Notes: generated by a model from the letters alone, not told the origin. Positions 19,839 through 32,257 are shown, counted from the first letter of the stretch. The stretch is 64,000 bases of DNA from an uncultured Thermoleophilia bacterium (GCA_963715985.1 CAVQSP010000015.1:32001-96000); one strand, 5' to 3'. A program made the numbers and translations.

Positions 19839-21281
19839 TCAGTGACCCGTCAGCCCGAGCTTCAGGTCGTTGACGTTCGTGCCGGTCGGGCCGGTGTACA
19901 CACGGTCGCCGGCGGCCTCGAGCGCCGTGCCGGAGGCGTGGGCGGCGATGGCGGCCGAAGGGTCCACCTCGGCGCCCGCAAGGGCGGCGGCGCTGAGGTC
20001 GTCGACCAGGCCGCCTGCGGCGTGACCGGGGCCGTCGATGCCGTCGGAGTCGAGGCACAGGACGCACGCCGGAGAGGAGCCGGGCGGTCTGTGCCCGAGC
20101 GCCTCGGCGCCCGCGAGGGCGCCGTCCTGGCTCGGGCCACCGCCGCCGGAGAGGCCCGTGCCCGACCGCAGCGCGGTGGTGGCCTCTCCCCCGGCGACAA
20201 GCGCTGTACCTGGTCCGGCTTCGGCGAGCCGCTCCGCGAACCAACGCCCGGCCTCGGCGCTCTCGCCCTCCAGGTCGAGGCGCAGTAGCGTGGCCGCGTA
20301 GCCACGGTCCTCCGCCGCCCGTACCGCCGCCTCGCACATCATCCGTGCGTCGGCGACCACGAAGGAGGTGACGCCGGCGAGGCTGTGGCAGCTCTCCTCG
20401 GCCGGGTCGGCGTGCCGCAGGTGAGCGGCCACGCGCGTCGGCAGGTGGCCCCACAGGTCCCAGCGGTCGCAGACGGCCTGGGCGTCCGCAAAGGTCGAAG
20501 TATCCGGCACCGTGAGGTCGGTGACGGCGTCGAGCGGGTCGCCGACCACGTCGGACACCGTCAGGTTGAGCACCTCGCAGCCGGCGGTCCGCGCCAGACG
20601 CCCGCCCTTCAAGCGCGAGAGATGCTTGCGCACCTGGTTCACGGCGACGATGTCGGCGCCGCAGGCCAGCAGCAGGCGATTGGCGGCGATCTTGTCGGAG
20701 AGCGTCAGGCCTTCGGCGGGCGCCACGACCAAGGCCGAGCTGCCGCCGGTGACGAGGGCGATGAGGAGGTCGTGGGGGGCGGCCGCCGCGGCGATCTCCA
20801 GGAGCCGCTGGCCGCCGGCCAGGCTGCTCACGTCGGGCACCGGGTGGGAGGCTTCGAGGACCTCGATGTGCGTCAGCTGCACGCCCTGCCCGCGCTTGAC
20901 CACCACCGCGCCTGCCGCGATGCGGTCGCCGAGCAGCTCGTCGAGGACGCCGGCCATGCCGATCGTGGCCTTGCCGGCGCCCACGACGAACACGCGACGT
21001 CCGCGAAGGTCGAACCGACGTGCTTCGTCACCCGGCGGGGTGACAACGAGGTCGTCACCTTCGAGGTGCACCATCCGCCGCAGGTTGGCCGCCGGGTCCA
21101 CGGCCGCAAGCGCGGTCGTGGCCACGGCGAGCGCGTCCGCGCGCAGCTCCGCGCGCCCGTGGCTGGTCAGCTGCGCATAGTTGACGAAGCGGGTTCGTGC
21201 CGCGGCCGCGCCGAGCGTCGGCTCCGCATCACCGGGCACGGCCCGGCCGGGGCCCGGGGCGTCTGCCGGGCCGCCGCTCAC
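19839..21281 (-). CDS. Glycerate kinase type 2 / MOFRL-family kinase (divergent)
   Basis: GAGKA, ASHPVPD, TGGSSAL, VRKHLSRLKGG, SDVVGD, DGIDG, TGTNVND; GTG start overlaps the enolase stop. Confidence 0.88.
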   Translation of the reverse strand: MSGGPADAPGPGRAVPGDAEPTLGAAAARTRFVNYAQLTSHGRAELRADALAVATTALAAVDPAANLRRMVHLEGDDLVVTPPGDEARRFDLRGRRVFVVGAGKATIGMAGVLDELLGDRIAAGAVVVKRGQGVQLTHIEVLEASHPVPDVSSLAGGQRLLEIAAAAAPHDLLIALVTGGSSALVVAPAEGLTLSDKIAANRLLLACGADIVAVNQVRKHLSRLKGGRLARTAGCEVLNLTVSDVVGDPLDAVTDLTVPDTSTFADAQAVCDRWDLWGHLPTRVAAHLRHADPAEESCHSLAGVTSFVVADARMMCEAAVRAAEDRGYAATLLRLDLEGESAEAGRWFAERLAEAGPGTALVAGGEATTALRSGTGLSGGGGPSQDGALAGAEALGHRPPGSSPACVLCLDSDGIDGPGHAAGGLVDDLSAAALAGAEVDPSAAIAAHASGTALEAAGDRVYTGPTGTNVNDLKLGLTGH

Positions 21282-22568
21282 CGCGCCAACGCCGTCGGCC
21301 GGCGCCAGTCGCGCCCCGCGTACACCGCCTCGAACCCGAGCCACTCCTCGATCTGGAAGAGCCGGTTGTACTTGGCGGTGCGCTCGCCGCGCACCGGCGA
21401 GCCCGTCTTGATCTGACCCGCGTTCAGCGCCACGACGAGGTCGGCGATGATGGGGTCCTCGGTCTCGCCGGAGCGCTCGCTCACGCACACGCCGTAGCCA
21501 TTGCGGAACGCCGTCTCGGCGGCCGTGAACGCCTCCGTGAGCGTCCCGATCTGGTTGACCTTCCAGAGGATCGCGTTGGCGGCGCCGAGCTCCACACCGC
21601 GCCGCACCAAGTCCGGGTTCGTCACGAAGAGATCGTCGCCGATGAGCTGCACCCCGGCCGCGCCAAGACGCCGCGTGATCTCCACCCAGCCGTCCCAATC
21701 GTCCTCGGCCAGCGGGTCCTCGATGGAGACGATGCCGAAGTCGCGGACGAGCTCCTCATAGAACGCGATCAGCTCGTCCGTGGTGTAGTCAGTCCCGGCA
21801 ACGGTGTACACCCGCCGCTCCGCATCCCACAGATGAGTCGCGGCGCAGTCCAGTGCGTACACCATGTCGTTCGCATACCCAGCGGCCGCGACGCCCTCGT
21901 GCAGCACCTCCAGAGCCTCGCGAACGTCCACGATGGGCGTGGCGAAGCCGCCCTCGTCGCCGGTGTTGGCGGCGAGCTTGCCGTAGCGGGCGACGACGAT
22001 CTCCATGAGCGCCATGTGGCACTCGCTGGCCATCCGCATCGCCTCGCTGAAGGTGGCGGCGCCCACCGGCATGCAGATGAACTCCTGGAAGTCGAGGTCG
22101 TTGGAGGTGAGCTTGCCGCCGTTGATGAGATTGACGAACGGCACCGGCAGCACGCGCGCGTCGGCGCGCAGGTAGCGGAACAGCGGGAGGCCCGCGGCCG
22201 CGGCGGCCGCGCGGGCCGCGGCCAGCGACACGCCCAGCAGCGCGTTGGCGCCCAGACGGCTCTTGTCGGGCGTGCCGTCCAGTTCGCACAGAAAGCGGTC
22301 CAGACCCACCTGGTCGGCGGCGTCGCAGCCCAGCATGGCCGGACCGATGACGTCGGCCACGTTGGCGATGGCCTTGGCGACGCCCTTGCCGCGGTACGCG
22401 GCCTCCCCGTCGCGCAGCTCGACGGCCTCGGCGCTGCCGGTAGAGCGGCCGGCGGGCACGTCGGCCCTGCCCAGGTGCCCGCCGGCGATCACGTCCACCT
22501 GCACGGTCGGGTAGCCGCGGCAGTCGAGGATCATGCGGGCGCGGACGTCGGTGATCGGTGGTGCTCAT
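21278..22568 (-). CDS. eno: Enolase-family protein (divergent paralog; one extra base near 22556 separates the ATG from the main frame)
   Basis: ELRDG, GANA, QEF, GDEGG, SIEDP, GDDLFVTN, KVNQIG, RSGETED, QIKTG. ATG 22568 has an SD (GAAAGG) but is out of frame by 1 nt. Confidence 0.88.
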
Positions 22569-22739
22569 GCCTCTCGCCTTTCGTCGTGCGGGCTTGACTC
22601 GGCTCGAGGTGAAGTCTAGAAGGTCGGGTGGGCAGGCGCCAAGGTGGTACGGCGGCCGCCGCAGCCACGCCGGCCCGGCTGTCCACCCCTCACATCACGA
22701 CGAGCACGCCGGCGTCGAGCCCTGCTCTGCCGGTTCCCG

Positions 22740-23250
22740 GCGAGGTCGACCGCGTCGACGCTTCCAGGTCGTAGCGGCCACGGGGCAGCGTACAGGTAAC
22801 GGGTAACGCACCTCCGCGTTGGTGCGCTGTAGCGGGACGTTGAGCTTCATCTCGAGCCTCGCCCCCCGGAGGATCCTCACGGACCCCCACCACTTCGGGG
22901 AGATCGCGTCGTCCGCCCTCAGGCGGAGAGCTCACCCGCCCGCCGCTCGCGACACGCGCGTCGGCCGGCGCCCGGGTCACGGGGCGGGTTTCGTCGTTGC
23001 GCACCGTGGGCTTCTTTGCCGCCTCGGCGTAGCCGTCGAGGTCAGTGGACCGGAAGTCGTACGCGCTGCTGCCGGACGAGCCCACGCGGAAGGGCGCGGG
23101 GTAGACGGTCCAGTCGGCCGCACCGGCCGCCCGGAACTCAGTCGTGGCCACGCCGGAGAACAGGTCCCTCGCGCCGAGCGTGACCGTCACCTCCGTCCTG
23201 TTCCACCCGTAGACGTTGGCCGCCGGCTCAGACGGCCGCGCAGGACCGAT
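22740..23250 (-). pseudogene. Remnant of a secreted Ig-like (OmpL47-type) repeat protein C-terminus
   Basis: GWNRTEVTVTLGARDLFSGVATTEFR...WTVY...YDFRSTDLDG; no credible start and several frame breaks. Confidence 0.5.
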
Positions 23251-23299
23251 GCCATAGTGGATCCCCTCCCCAGAAGGCGGGGAGGCCCGCGGTGGCTGC

Positions 23300-23535
23300 C
23301 TTCGCCGGCCGCGGCGCTCCCCACCTCGGGAGCGTAGTCCCGTGGCGCCGCAGACACAACGACGGCCGCAGGGCGCGCTCGGCCTCCCGTGCCCTGCCGC
23401 GCAGGCTGCACCCCCAGCCCACGATCTCGCGGCCGTGGCAACCGATGATCGCCACCAGATGACCCCAGCCGTCCTCCTCGCAGCAGACGTGCCCGAGAGC
23501 CATGGCCCAGTGCTCGTTGCTGCGAGCGGAGACGG
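23300..23535 (-). mobile_element. IS3-family transposase (rve integrase core) remnant
   Basis: RSNEHWAMALGHVCCEEDGWGHLVAIIGCHGREIVGW...RAREAERAL resembles the IS3 W-x-x-D...VID..R.IVGW region with the catalytic Asp residues mutated. Confidence 0.6.
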
Positions 23536-23726
23536 ACCGCCGTCCCTGGGCCGACGGACGCGGCGTAGCGCCAGCTTCGGGCCCGGCACTCTGATGCCCC
23601 TCGGCTCCCCTGCAGGGGGACGGGACCGGCCTCAGGGGGAGAGGGCGCGTCGTCACACCGGGCGGCGGTGCCGGCTGGTGCGGTGCGCCGCCGCACGAGC
23701 GGTGGGACGAAGTGGACGAGCCCGTA

Positions 23727-24382
23727 CTACTGCAGCTTCCTCGGCGCCGCGATGGTCTTGTCGAACACCTCATGGGCCCGCGCGGCATACGCATCGCCAG
23801 TTTCGAGGTACCCCGCCGACGCCTCCAGTGCCGGCGGGTCATGGCTCAGCGACCTCGTACGACCAGAACACATCGTGCAGAGCCATCTGTTGGAGGAGCC
23901 AGAACGCTTCGTCGGCCCAATGGTTGAAGCGAAACGAGGAGCTCCCTGTAGCGCCGGCGATCGCTCGCGGAGGCGAAGTACCGCGACGCTTTGGCGCTCA
24001 GTATATGCAGATACTTCTCGGTAGCCGTGAACCAAGACTCGGGCTGGCCCTCGAAATCGGTCCAGACCCGACGCGCGTAGTCCTCCCCTGCCAGCAAGTC
24101 TTCCCTCTTGTCGGGGTCGCCGATCATGGGTGCCAGGGTCGCGGCGAGGCTGGACGACTGGAGCTCGAATTCGTCGTACGTGTGGGCGTAACGGCCGAAC
24201 GTCTCCTGCATCCCGGTCAGCATTTGCTTGTACTCGGCCCGATACTTCGCTCTGACGTGAGCGGTGGCCGCGCCCGGCGCACACAGCAGCAAGCAGAAGG
24301 CCAGCAGCACCAGGATGGTGGACAGACGCCACCGGGGGGTCCTCAAGCGTCCGGCCGAACCACGTGCCGTTTCCATGCTCAT
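23727..24382 (-). CDS. Hypothetical secreted helical protein, frameshifted near its 3' end (about 23850-23930)
   Basis: Signal-peptide-like RWRLSTILVLLAFCLLLCAPGAATA; SD GGGAGG; lower GC. The probable C-terminus lies in another frame ending at 23727. Confidence 0.5.
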
Positions 24383-24769
24383 GAGGCCTCCCCGCCGACG
24401 CTCTTCTCTTGCACTTGCAGTGTCCCCCTCGTGCCGAGGCCTGTCAACGAGCCGCATTGCCTCACGAAGAACGTACTCGAACACGATTCGTTGCCTCAGA
24501 TCAGAAGGCACTCGAAGGGCGCCGAACTCCAAGCTCGGCATGCGAGCAAGAACGAGGTCGGATGCGGTGGCCCTGGAGCGACTCGACCCCCCAATGACGC
24601 CGTCCGTTGACCAACGGACCCATGAGGAAGCTCGCCGCGCTGCTCGCCCCCGTCTACGCCTTCGCGCCGGGCGTGTTCGTCGAGGAGGGCGAGGTCGGCA
24701 TCTACCTCTACGAGCTCGATGTCCACGCGGTCGGGGGCACGCTGGACGAGCCCCAGGCGTGCCCGCCGG

Positions 24770-24868
24770 TCAGGAAGCGGGCGCCCAGTAACAGCGCTCG
24801 GGCGACTCGATGCGGCCGTCCTTCTTCCGGTCGGGCATGACCTCGAGCACCTTGTCCGCGTCGCTCAT
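24770..24868 (-). pseudogene. 32-aa remnant of a small winged-helix-like protein (MSDADKVL...KKDGRIESPERCYW)
   Basis: Strong SD (AGGGAGG) before ATG 24868. The termini resemble a family of about 60 aa ending in KxEGKIxSPKRCYW, with the middle missing (recalled, not searched). Confidence 0.4.
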
Positions 24869-24964
24869 CTCGTCCCTCCCTGTGGTCCGCGCGCGACCGC
24901 CGTCGCGGCAGGCGTCACGTCTCGTCGTCGCCGGCCGGCATCGCCGGCCCGCCGCCGGCCTCAC

Positions 24965-26539
24965 TCACTTCTGCTGGCTGCGCACCATCCCGTACTCGAT
25001 GGAGTCGACGAGCGCCTCCCAGCTGGCCTCGATGATGTTCTCGCTCACGCCGATGCTGCCCCACACGTCCTCGCCGTCGCTGGCGTCGAGGAGAACGCGA
25101 GTCACGGCACCTGTGCCCTTGGTCTCATCGAGGATGCGCACCTTGTAGTTGACCAGCTCGATGTCGCTGAGGTGCGGGTACTTCTGCGTGATCGCCTGGC
25201 GCAGCGCGCTGTCCAGGGCGTTCACCGGGCCGTTGCCCTCGGCCGTGCTGATGACGCGCTCGCCGCCCACGTGCACCTTGATGGTGGCCTCCACCACGGC
25301 CTTGCCGTCCTCGCGCTTCTCGACGATGACGCGGAAGCTCTCCAGGCGGAACAGTGGCTCGTGCGGCGAGAGCTCGTCGCGCAGCAGCAGGTCGAAGCTC
25401 GCGTCGGCGGCCTCGTAGTGGTAGCCGCGGTGCTCCTGGTCCTTGAGGTGCTTGAGCACGGCCGCCACCTTCTCGTCCTCGCCCTCCACGCTCAGGCCGA
25501 GGTCGCGGGCGCGACGCAACACCGTGGCCTTGCCCGAGAGCTCCGAGACGAGGATGCGCTGCTCGTTGCCCACGGCGGCCGGGTCCACGTGCTCGAAGGT
25601 CTGGGGCGCGTGCTCCACGGCCGCCACGTGCATGCCGCCTTTGTGCGCGAAGGCGGCCTTGCCCACGTACGGCTGGTGTGTGGCGATCGAGATGTTGCAG
25701 ATATCCGATACGAAGTGTGCGGTCTCCGCGAGCCTGCTCAGCTGCTCGTCGCTGACCACGTCCAGGCCCATCTTGAGCTTGAGGGCCGGGATGATGCTCA
25801 CCAGGTTGGCGTTGCCGCAGCGCTCACCGTAGCCGTTCATGGTGCCCTGCACCTGCAGGGCGCCGCGGTCCACGCCCACGAGACTGTTGGCCACGGCGCA
25901 GTCGCTGTCGTTGTGGACGTGCACGCCCACCGGCACCGGGACTGCCGCCACTACCTCACCGACGACGTCGGCGAGGAACGGCGGCAGCGAGGCCCCGTTG
26001 GTGTCGCACAGGCAGACGGTGCCGGCTCCCGCCTCGGCAGCCGTGAGCGCGCACTTGAGCGCGTAGGCCGCGTCGTCGCGCCAGGCGTCGAAGAAGTGCT
26101 CGGCGTCGTACACCACCTGCTTGCCCTGCGCCACGAGGAACGCCACCGAGTCGGCGATCATGCGCAGGTTCTCCTCGCGGCTCACGCGCAGGACCTTGGT
26201 GAGGTGCAGCCCCCACGTCTTGCCGACGATGGTGACGGTGTCCGTTGACGCCGCGGCGAGCACACGCAGGCCCTCGTCGGCAGCGGCGGTCACACCCTTG
26301 CGGCGCGTCATGCCGAAGGCCACCAGACGCGCCGTCACCAGCTTCTCCCGCTCCATGCGGCGGAAGAACTCGATCTCCTTGGGGTTGGACGAGGGGAAGC
26401 CGCCCTCGATGAGGTGGATGCCCAGCTCGTCGAGCTTGAGGGCGATGCGGACCTTCTCGTCCACCGAGACGGACATGCCCTCTTGCTGCATGCCGTCGCG
26501 GAGCGTGGTGTCGTAGAGCTGCACGTGCTGCCCGTTCAT
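24965..26539 (-). CDS. cimA: Citramalate synthase
   Basis: YDTTLRDGMQQEG, IEGGFPSSNPK, YDAEHFFD, LCDTNG, GYGERCGNAN, YEAADASF, AEGNGPVNALD. Confidence 0.92.
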   Translation of the reverse strand: MNGQHVQLYDTTLRDGMQQEGMSVSVDEKVRIALKLDELGIHLIEGGFPSSNPKEIEFFRRMEREKLVTARLVAFGMTRRKGVTAAADEGLRVLAAASTDTVTIVGKTWGLHLTKVLRVSREENLRMIADSVAFLVAQGKQVVYDAEHFFDAWRDDAAYALKCALTAAEAGAGTVCLCDTNGASLPPFLADVVGEVVAAVPVPVGVHVHNDSDCAVANSLVGVDRGALQVQGTMNGYGERCGNANLVSIIPALKLKMGLDVVSDEQLSRLAETAHFVSDICNISIATHQPYVGKAAFAHKGGMHVAAVEHAPQTFEHVDPAAVGNEQRILVSELSGKATVLRRARDLGLSVEGEDEKVAAVLKHLKDQEHRGYHYEAADASFDLLLRDELSPHEPLFRLESFRVIVEKREDGKAVVEATIKVHVGGERVISTAEGNGPVNALDSALRQAITQKYPHLSDIELVNYKVRILDETKGTGAVTRVLLDASDGEDVWGSIGVSENIIEASWEALVDSIEYGMVRSQQK

Positions 26540-27462
26540 GAGGTGTGGGCGTGCTCCATGAAGTGACCGAACTGCTCGTCGCGCCCCTCCACGATGGCCT
26601 TAAAACGCTCCTGCATATGCCGCGTGATCGGACCCGGCTCACCGATGATGTGGTCGTCCACCTCACGGATGGGCACGACTTCGGCGGCCGTGCCGGTGTA
26701 GAAGAGCTCGTCGGCGATCACGAGGTCGCTGCGCGTGATGCTCTGCTCACGCAGCTCGATGCCCTCGGCCGCGGCGATCTGCATGATGATGTCGCGGGTG
26801 ATGCCTTCGAGCACGCCGTCGCTGGGCGGCGGCGTGTAGAGCACACCGTTGCGGATCACGAAGATGTTCTCGCCGGAGCCCTCGGCCACGTGACCGTGCT
26901 CGGTGAGCATGATGGCCTCGTCGTAGCCGGCGTTCAGCACCTCGATCTTGGCGAGGATGCTGTTGAGGTACTGGCCCGTGGCCTTGGCGGCGCGGGCCAG
27001 CGCCGTGTGGTCCAGCGACTGGATGCTGGACACCTTGGCGCGCACGCCGTGGAGGATGCCCTCCTCGCCGAGGTACGTGCCCCACGGCCACGCCGCGACG
27101 ATCACGTCCACCGGCGCGTTCATCGGGAACAGGCCCATCTCGCCGTAGCCGCGGAACACCAGCGGGCGGATGTACGCGGAGTCGAGGCTGTTGGACGAGA
27201 GCACCTCGAAGGTGGCGTCGTACAACTGCTCCACCGTGTACGGCACCGGCATGTAGTACAGCTTGGCCGAGCGCACGAGGCGCTTGAGGTGCTCGGTGAG
27301 GCGCAGCACGGCCGGCCCCTTGGGCGTCTTGTAGGCGCGGATGCCCTCGAAGACCCCGGACCCGTAGTGCAGGGCATGGGTGAGCACGTGCACTTTGGCC
27401 TCATGCCAGGGCACGAGCACCCCGTTCATCCAGATCGTGTCCATCTCGGGGATGGGGGCCAT
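26536..27462 (-). CDS. ilvE: Branched-chain amino acid aminotransferase
   Basis: HALHYGSGVFEGIRAY, YIRP, KATGQYLNS, EGSGENIF, LEGITR, GTAAEV. Confidence 0.96.
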   Translation of the reverse strand: MAPIPEMDTIWMNGVLVPWHEAKVHVLTHALHYGSGVFEGIRAYKTPKGPAVLRLTEHLKRLVRSAKLYYMPVPYTVEQLYDATFEVLSSNSLDSAYIRPLVFRGYGEMGLFPMNAPVDVIVAAWPWGTYLGEEGILHGVRAKVSSIQSLDHTALARAAKATGQYLNSILAKIEVLNAGYDEAIMLTEHGHVAEGSGENIFVIRNGVLYTPPPSDGVLEGITRDIIMQIAAAEGIELREQSITRSDLVIADELFYTGTAAEVVPIREVDDHIIGEPGPITRHMQERFKAIVEGRDEQFGHFMEHAHTS

Positions 27463-27521
27463 AGGTCCTCCTCGCTGCAGGTCAGCCGTCCGCCGGGGCG
27501 GCAAGAATGGCGTCTGTCATG

Positions 27522-28604
27522 TCACACGCGCTCGGCCACGAGGTCGCCGACCTCGGACGTCGAGTAGCCCATCTGGCCGGAGGCCATGCCCTTCATCTTG
27601 GTGCCCGTGACCTCGGTCACGGCGCGCTCGACATCCTCTGCCGCCTTGCTCTCGCCGAGGGTGTCGAGCATCATCGCGCCGGCCACGATGGCCGCCACGG
27701 GGTTGATCACACCCAGGCCGGTGTACTTGGGCGCCGAACCGCCGATGGGTTCGAACATGCTGACACCCTCGGGGTTGATGTTGCCGCCGGCCGCGACGCC
27801 CATCCCGCCCTGGGTGATCGCGCCCAGATCGGTGATGATGTCGCCGAACATGTTGCCGGTCACCAGGACGTCGAACCACTCCGGGCTCTTGACCATCCAC
27901 ATGCAGGTGGCGTCCACGTGGTAGTACTCGCGCTTGACGTCCGGGTACTCCTCTTCGCCGATCTCGTTGAAGCGGCGGTTCCAGAGGTCGTAGACGTAGG
28001 TCAGGACGTTGGTCTTGCCCACCAGTCCGAGGGTGTTGTCCGCGCCGAGGCCGCGCGCCTTCTTGCCGTGCTTGCGCGCGTACTCGAACGCCCAGCGCAG
28101 ACAGCGGTCGACCTGGGCGCGGCTGTACAGCATGTTCTGCACAGCGACTTCATGCGGCGTGTCCTTCATCATGATGCCGCCGCCGCCGGCGTACATGTCG
28201 CCGGAGTTCTCGCGCACCACCACGTAGTCGATGTCCTTCGGGCCCTTGTCCTTCAGCGGGGTCTCGACGCCGGGGTAGAGACGCACGGGACGCAGGTTGA
28301 TGTACTGGTCCAGCTCGAAGCGCAGGCGGAGCAGGAGGCCCTTCTCCAGGATGCCGGGCTCGACGTCGGGGTGCCCCACGGCGCCCAGGTAGATCGAGTC
28401 GAATCCTTTGAGCTCGTCGACGGCCGTAGCCGGCAGGATCTCGCCGGTGCGCAGGTAGCGCTCGCCGCCGAAGTCGTAGTACGCCAGGTCGAGCGTGAAC
28501 TGGTACTTGGCGGCTGCCGCCTGCAGGGCTTTCAACCCTTCAGCCACCACCTCTGGCCCCGTGCCGTCGCCCGGCAGCACCGCGATCTTGTACGTCCTCC
28601 CCAT
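27522..28604 (-). CDS. leuB: 3-isopropylmalate dehydrogenase
   Basis: LPGDGTGPEV, NLRP, VVREN, NMFGDIITD, FEPIGGSAP; within the leu operon. Confidence 0.92.
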   Translation of the reverse strand: MGRTYKIAVLPGDGTGPEVVAEGLKALQAAAAKYQFTLDLAYYDFGGERYLRTGEILPATAVDELKGFDSIYLGAVGHPDVEPGILEKGLLLRLRFELDQYINLRPVRLYPGVETPLKDKGPKDIDYVVVRENSGDMYAGGGGIMMKDTPHEVAVQNMLYSRAQVDRCLRWAFEYARKHGKKARGLGADNTLGLVGKTNVLTYVYDLWNRRFNEIGEEEYPDVKREYYHVDATCMWMVKSPEWFDVLVTGNMFGDIITDLGAITQGGMGVAAGGNINPEGVSMFEPIGGSAPKYTGLGVINPVAAIVAGAMMLDTLGESKAAEDVERAVTEVTGTKMKGMASGQMGYSTSEVGDLVAERV

Positions 28605-28654
28605 GGTCCCTCTCTCCGCTGATGAATGGTCTTTGTCCGGCGCAGCGGCGCTGT

Positions 28655-29158
28655 TCACGCGCCCTCCCCGGCCACGCGCGACTTCACGTACGGCAGCAGG
28701 CCGCCGCGGTCGATGAGCTCCTGCATGAACGGCGGGAACGCCTCGGCCTCGTAGGTCCTGCCCTTGGTCAGGTTCTCCACCGTGCCGGCGGCCAGGTCCA
28801 CGCGCAGCAGGTCGCCCGACTCGGCGTCGACCGCCGCCACGGGGCACACCACGATCGGCAGCCCGGTGTTGATGGCGTTGCGATAGAAGATGCGCGCGAA
28901 CGACGCCGCCAGGACAACGCTCACACCGGAGTGCTTGAGCGCCACCGGGGCGTGCTCGCGCGAGCTGCCGCAGCCGAAGTTCTCCAGAGCGACGACGATG
29001 TCGCCGGGCTGAACCCGGTCGACGAAGCCGGCGTCGATGTCCTCCATCGCGTGCCTGGCCAGCTCGTCCGGGTCGTTGGTGTTCAGGTAGCGGGCCGGGA
29101 TGATGACGTCGGTGTCGACGTCCCGGCCGTACTTGTGGACGGTGCCTTCGAAGATCAT
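28655..29158 (-). CDS. leuD: 3-isopropylmalate dehydratase small subunit (short type)
   Basis: [36 protein letters not shown]. Confidence 0.95.
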   Translation of the reverse strand: MIFEGTVHKYGRDVDTDVIIPARYLNTNDPDELARHAMEDIDAGFVDRVQPGDIVVALENFGCGSSREHAPVALKHSGVSVVLAASFARIFYRNAINTGLPIVVCPVAAVDAESGDLLRVDLAAGTVENLTKGRTYEAEAFPPFMQELIDRGGLLPYVKSRVAGEGA

Positions 29159-30452
29159 CGCGACCCTCCGGTGACGGCGCCGACTGCTTCGGGCGTGGCC
29201 ACGTGGCCGGCCAGCGCGGACGCGGCGGCCACGTACGGGCTCGCCAGGTAGACCTCGGCCCCGGGATGGCCCATGCGGCCGACGAAGTTGCGGTTGGTGG
29301 TGGACACGGCCCTCTCGCCGTCGGCCAGCACGCCCATGTGCCCACCCAGGCAGGCGCCGCAGGTGGGCGTGCTGAAGGCGCAGCCGGCTTCGATGAGGGT
29401 CTGCATGGTGCCGTCGGCGATGGCGTCCAGGCACACCTGCTGCGTGCCCGGCAGGATGATGCAGCGCACGTCCGGGTGCACCTTCTTGCCGCGCAGGATG
29501 GAGGCCGCCTGACGCAGGTCTTCCAGACGGCCGTTGGTGCAGCTGCCGATGACGACCTGGTCGATGGTGATGTCGCCCAGATCGGCGGCAGCGGCGGTGT
29601 TGCTGGGCAGATGCGGCTTGCTGACGGTGGGCGGCACGGCCGCGGCGTCGATCTCGATGACCTGCGCGTACTGCGCGTCGCGGTCGCTGGCGAACACCTG
29701 GCCGGCAGTGCGGGCACGGCTGCCCTCCGGCCGGCTCTGCAGGTACTGCGTGGTCTTCTCGTCGAAGCCCACGATGCCGCTCTTGCCGCCGGCCTCGATG
29801 GCCATGTTGCACATGGTGAAGCGCTCGTCCATGGACAGCGCCTCGATGGCCGCACCGGTGAACTCCATGGCCTGGTACAGGGCGCCGTCGACGCCGATCA
29901 GGCCGATGGTGTGCAGCATCAGGTCCTTGCCGGTGACCCAGGGCTGCGGGCGGCCCGAGTACACGAACTTGATGCTCTCGGGCACGCGCAGCCACACGTG
30001 GCCCCAGGCCATGGCGGCGGCGAAGTCGGTGCTGCCCACGCCGGAGCTGAAGGCGGCCACGGCGCCGTAGGTGCAGGTGTGGCTGTCGGCGCCGATCACG
30101 ACGTCGCCCGGCGCCACCATGCCGGTGTCGGGCAGCAGCACGTGCTCGATGCCCATGCGCCCGACCTCGAAGTAGTTGACGATCTCGTGCTTGTGGGCGA
30201 AGTCGCGCATCTTCGCGGCCTGGCCCGCCGCCTTGATGTCCTTGTTGGGCGCGAAGTGGTCGGGCACCAGGGCGATGCGCGCCGGGTCCCAGACCTCGGT
30301 GAACCCGGCCTTCTCGAACTCCGCGATGGCCAGGGGCGCGGTGATGTCGTTGGCCAGCGCGAGGTCGATCTTCGCCTCGATGATGTCCCCCGCGCTCACA
30401 GCGTCCCGGCCGGCGGCTCGCGCCAGGATCTTCTCAGTTATCGTCGAACCCA

Positions 30453-30453
<1 letters not shown>
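29155..30453 (-). CDS. leuC: 3-isopropylmalate dehydratase large subunit (short type)
   Basis: TITEKIL, GADSHTCTYGA, IGSCTNGR, CGACLG, STTNRNF. Confidence 0.95.
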
Positions 30454-31988
<1,535 letters not shown>

Positions 31989-32065
31989 GAAGCACCCACT
32001 CCTCCCAAGACAGACGTGGTCGTCACTCTTGGTGTCGGGGATCCAGATGTGATCCGAAAAGTGGC

Positions 32066-32091
32066 CAAAAGCCTACGTAGATGGGCTTTTG
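32066..32091 (-). terminator. Attenuator terminator hairpin upstream of leuA
   Basis: Minus strand CAAAAGCC-CATCTACGTA-GGCTTTTG followed by GCCACTTTT. Confidence 0.55.
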
Positions 32092-32134
32092 TGCCGAGCG
32101 GCGGAGCCACTGGCACGAGACGGCCGGCAGGTGT

Positions 32135-32248
32135 CTACACATCCCCCCGAAGGGGGAGGAGCAGGGCGAGGCCGAGGACGCTGAGCACGCTGGCGCGTAC
32201 CTCAATGTGGTCCTCCCGGGTGCCCTCGCTTGTGCTGCCGTGACGCAT
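32135..32248 (-). CDS. Putative leucine leader peptide (attenuator)
   Basis: ATG 32248 (or in-frame GTG 32188) to TAG 32135: MRHGSTSEGTREDHIEVRASVLSVLGLALLLPLRGDV, with 7 Leu in 12 codons near the end. Not in the ORF track. Confidence 0.65.
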   Translation of the reverse strand: MRHGSTSEGTREDHIEVRASVLSVLGLALLLPLRGDV

Positions 32249-32257
32249 CGTCCGGCA

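Noticed and set aside
32023-32205. 60-aa TTG-start ORF in the leuA leader listed in the ORF track
   Set aside because: Not Leu-rich and runs through the terminator; the overlapping frame ending at 32135 fits an attenuator better.
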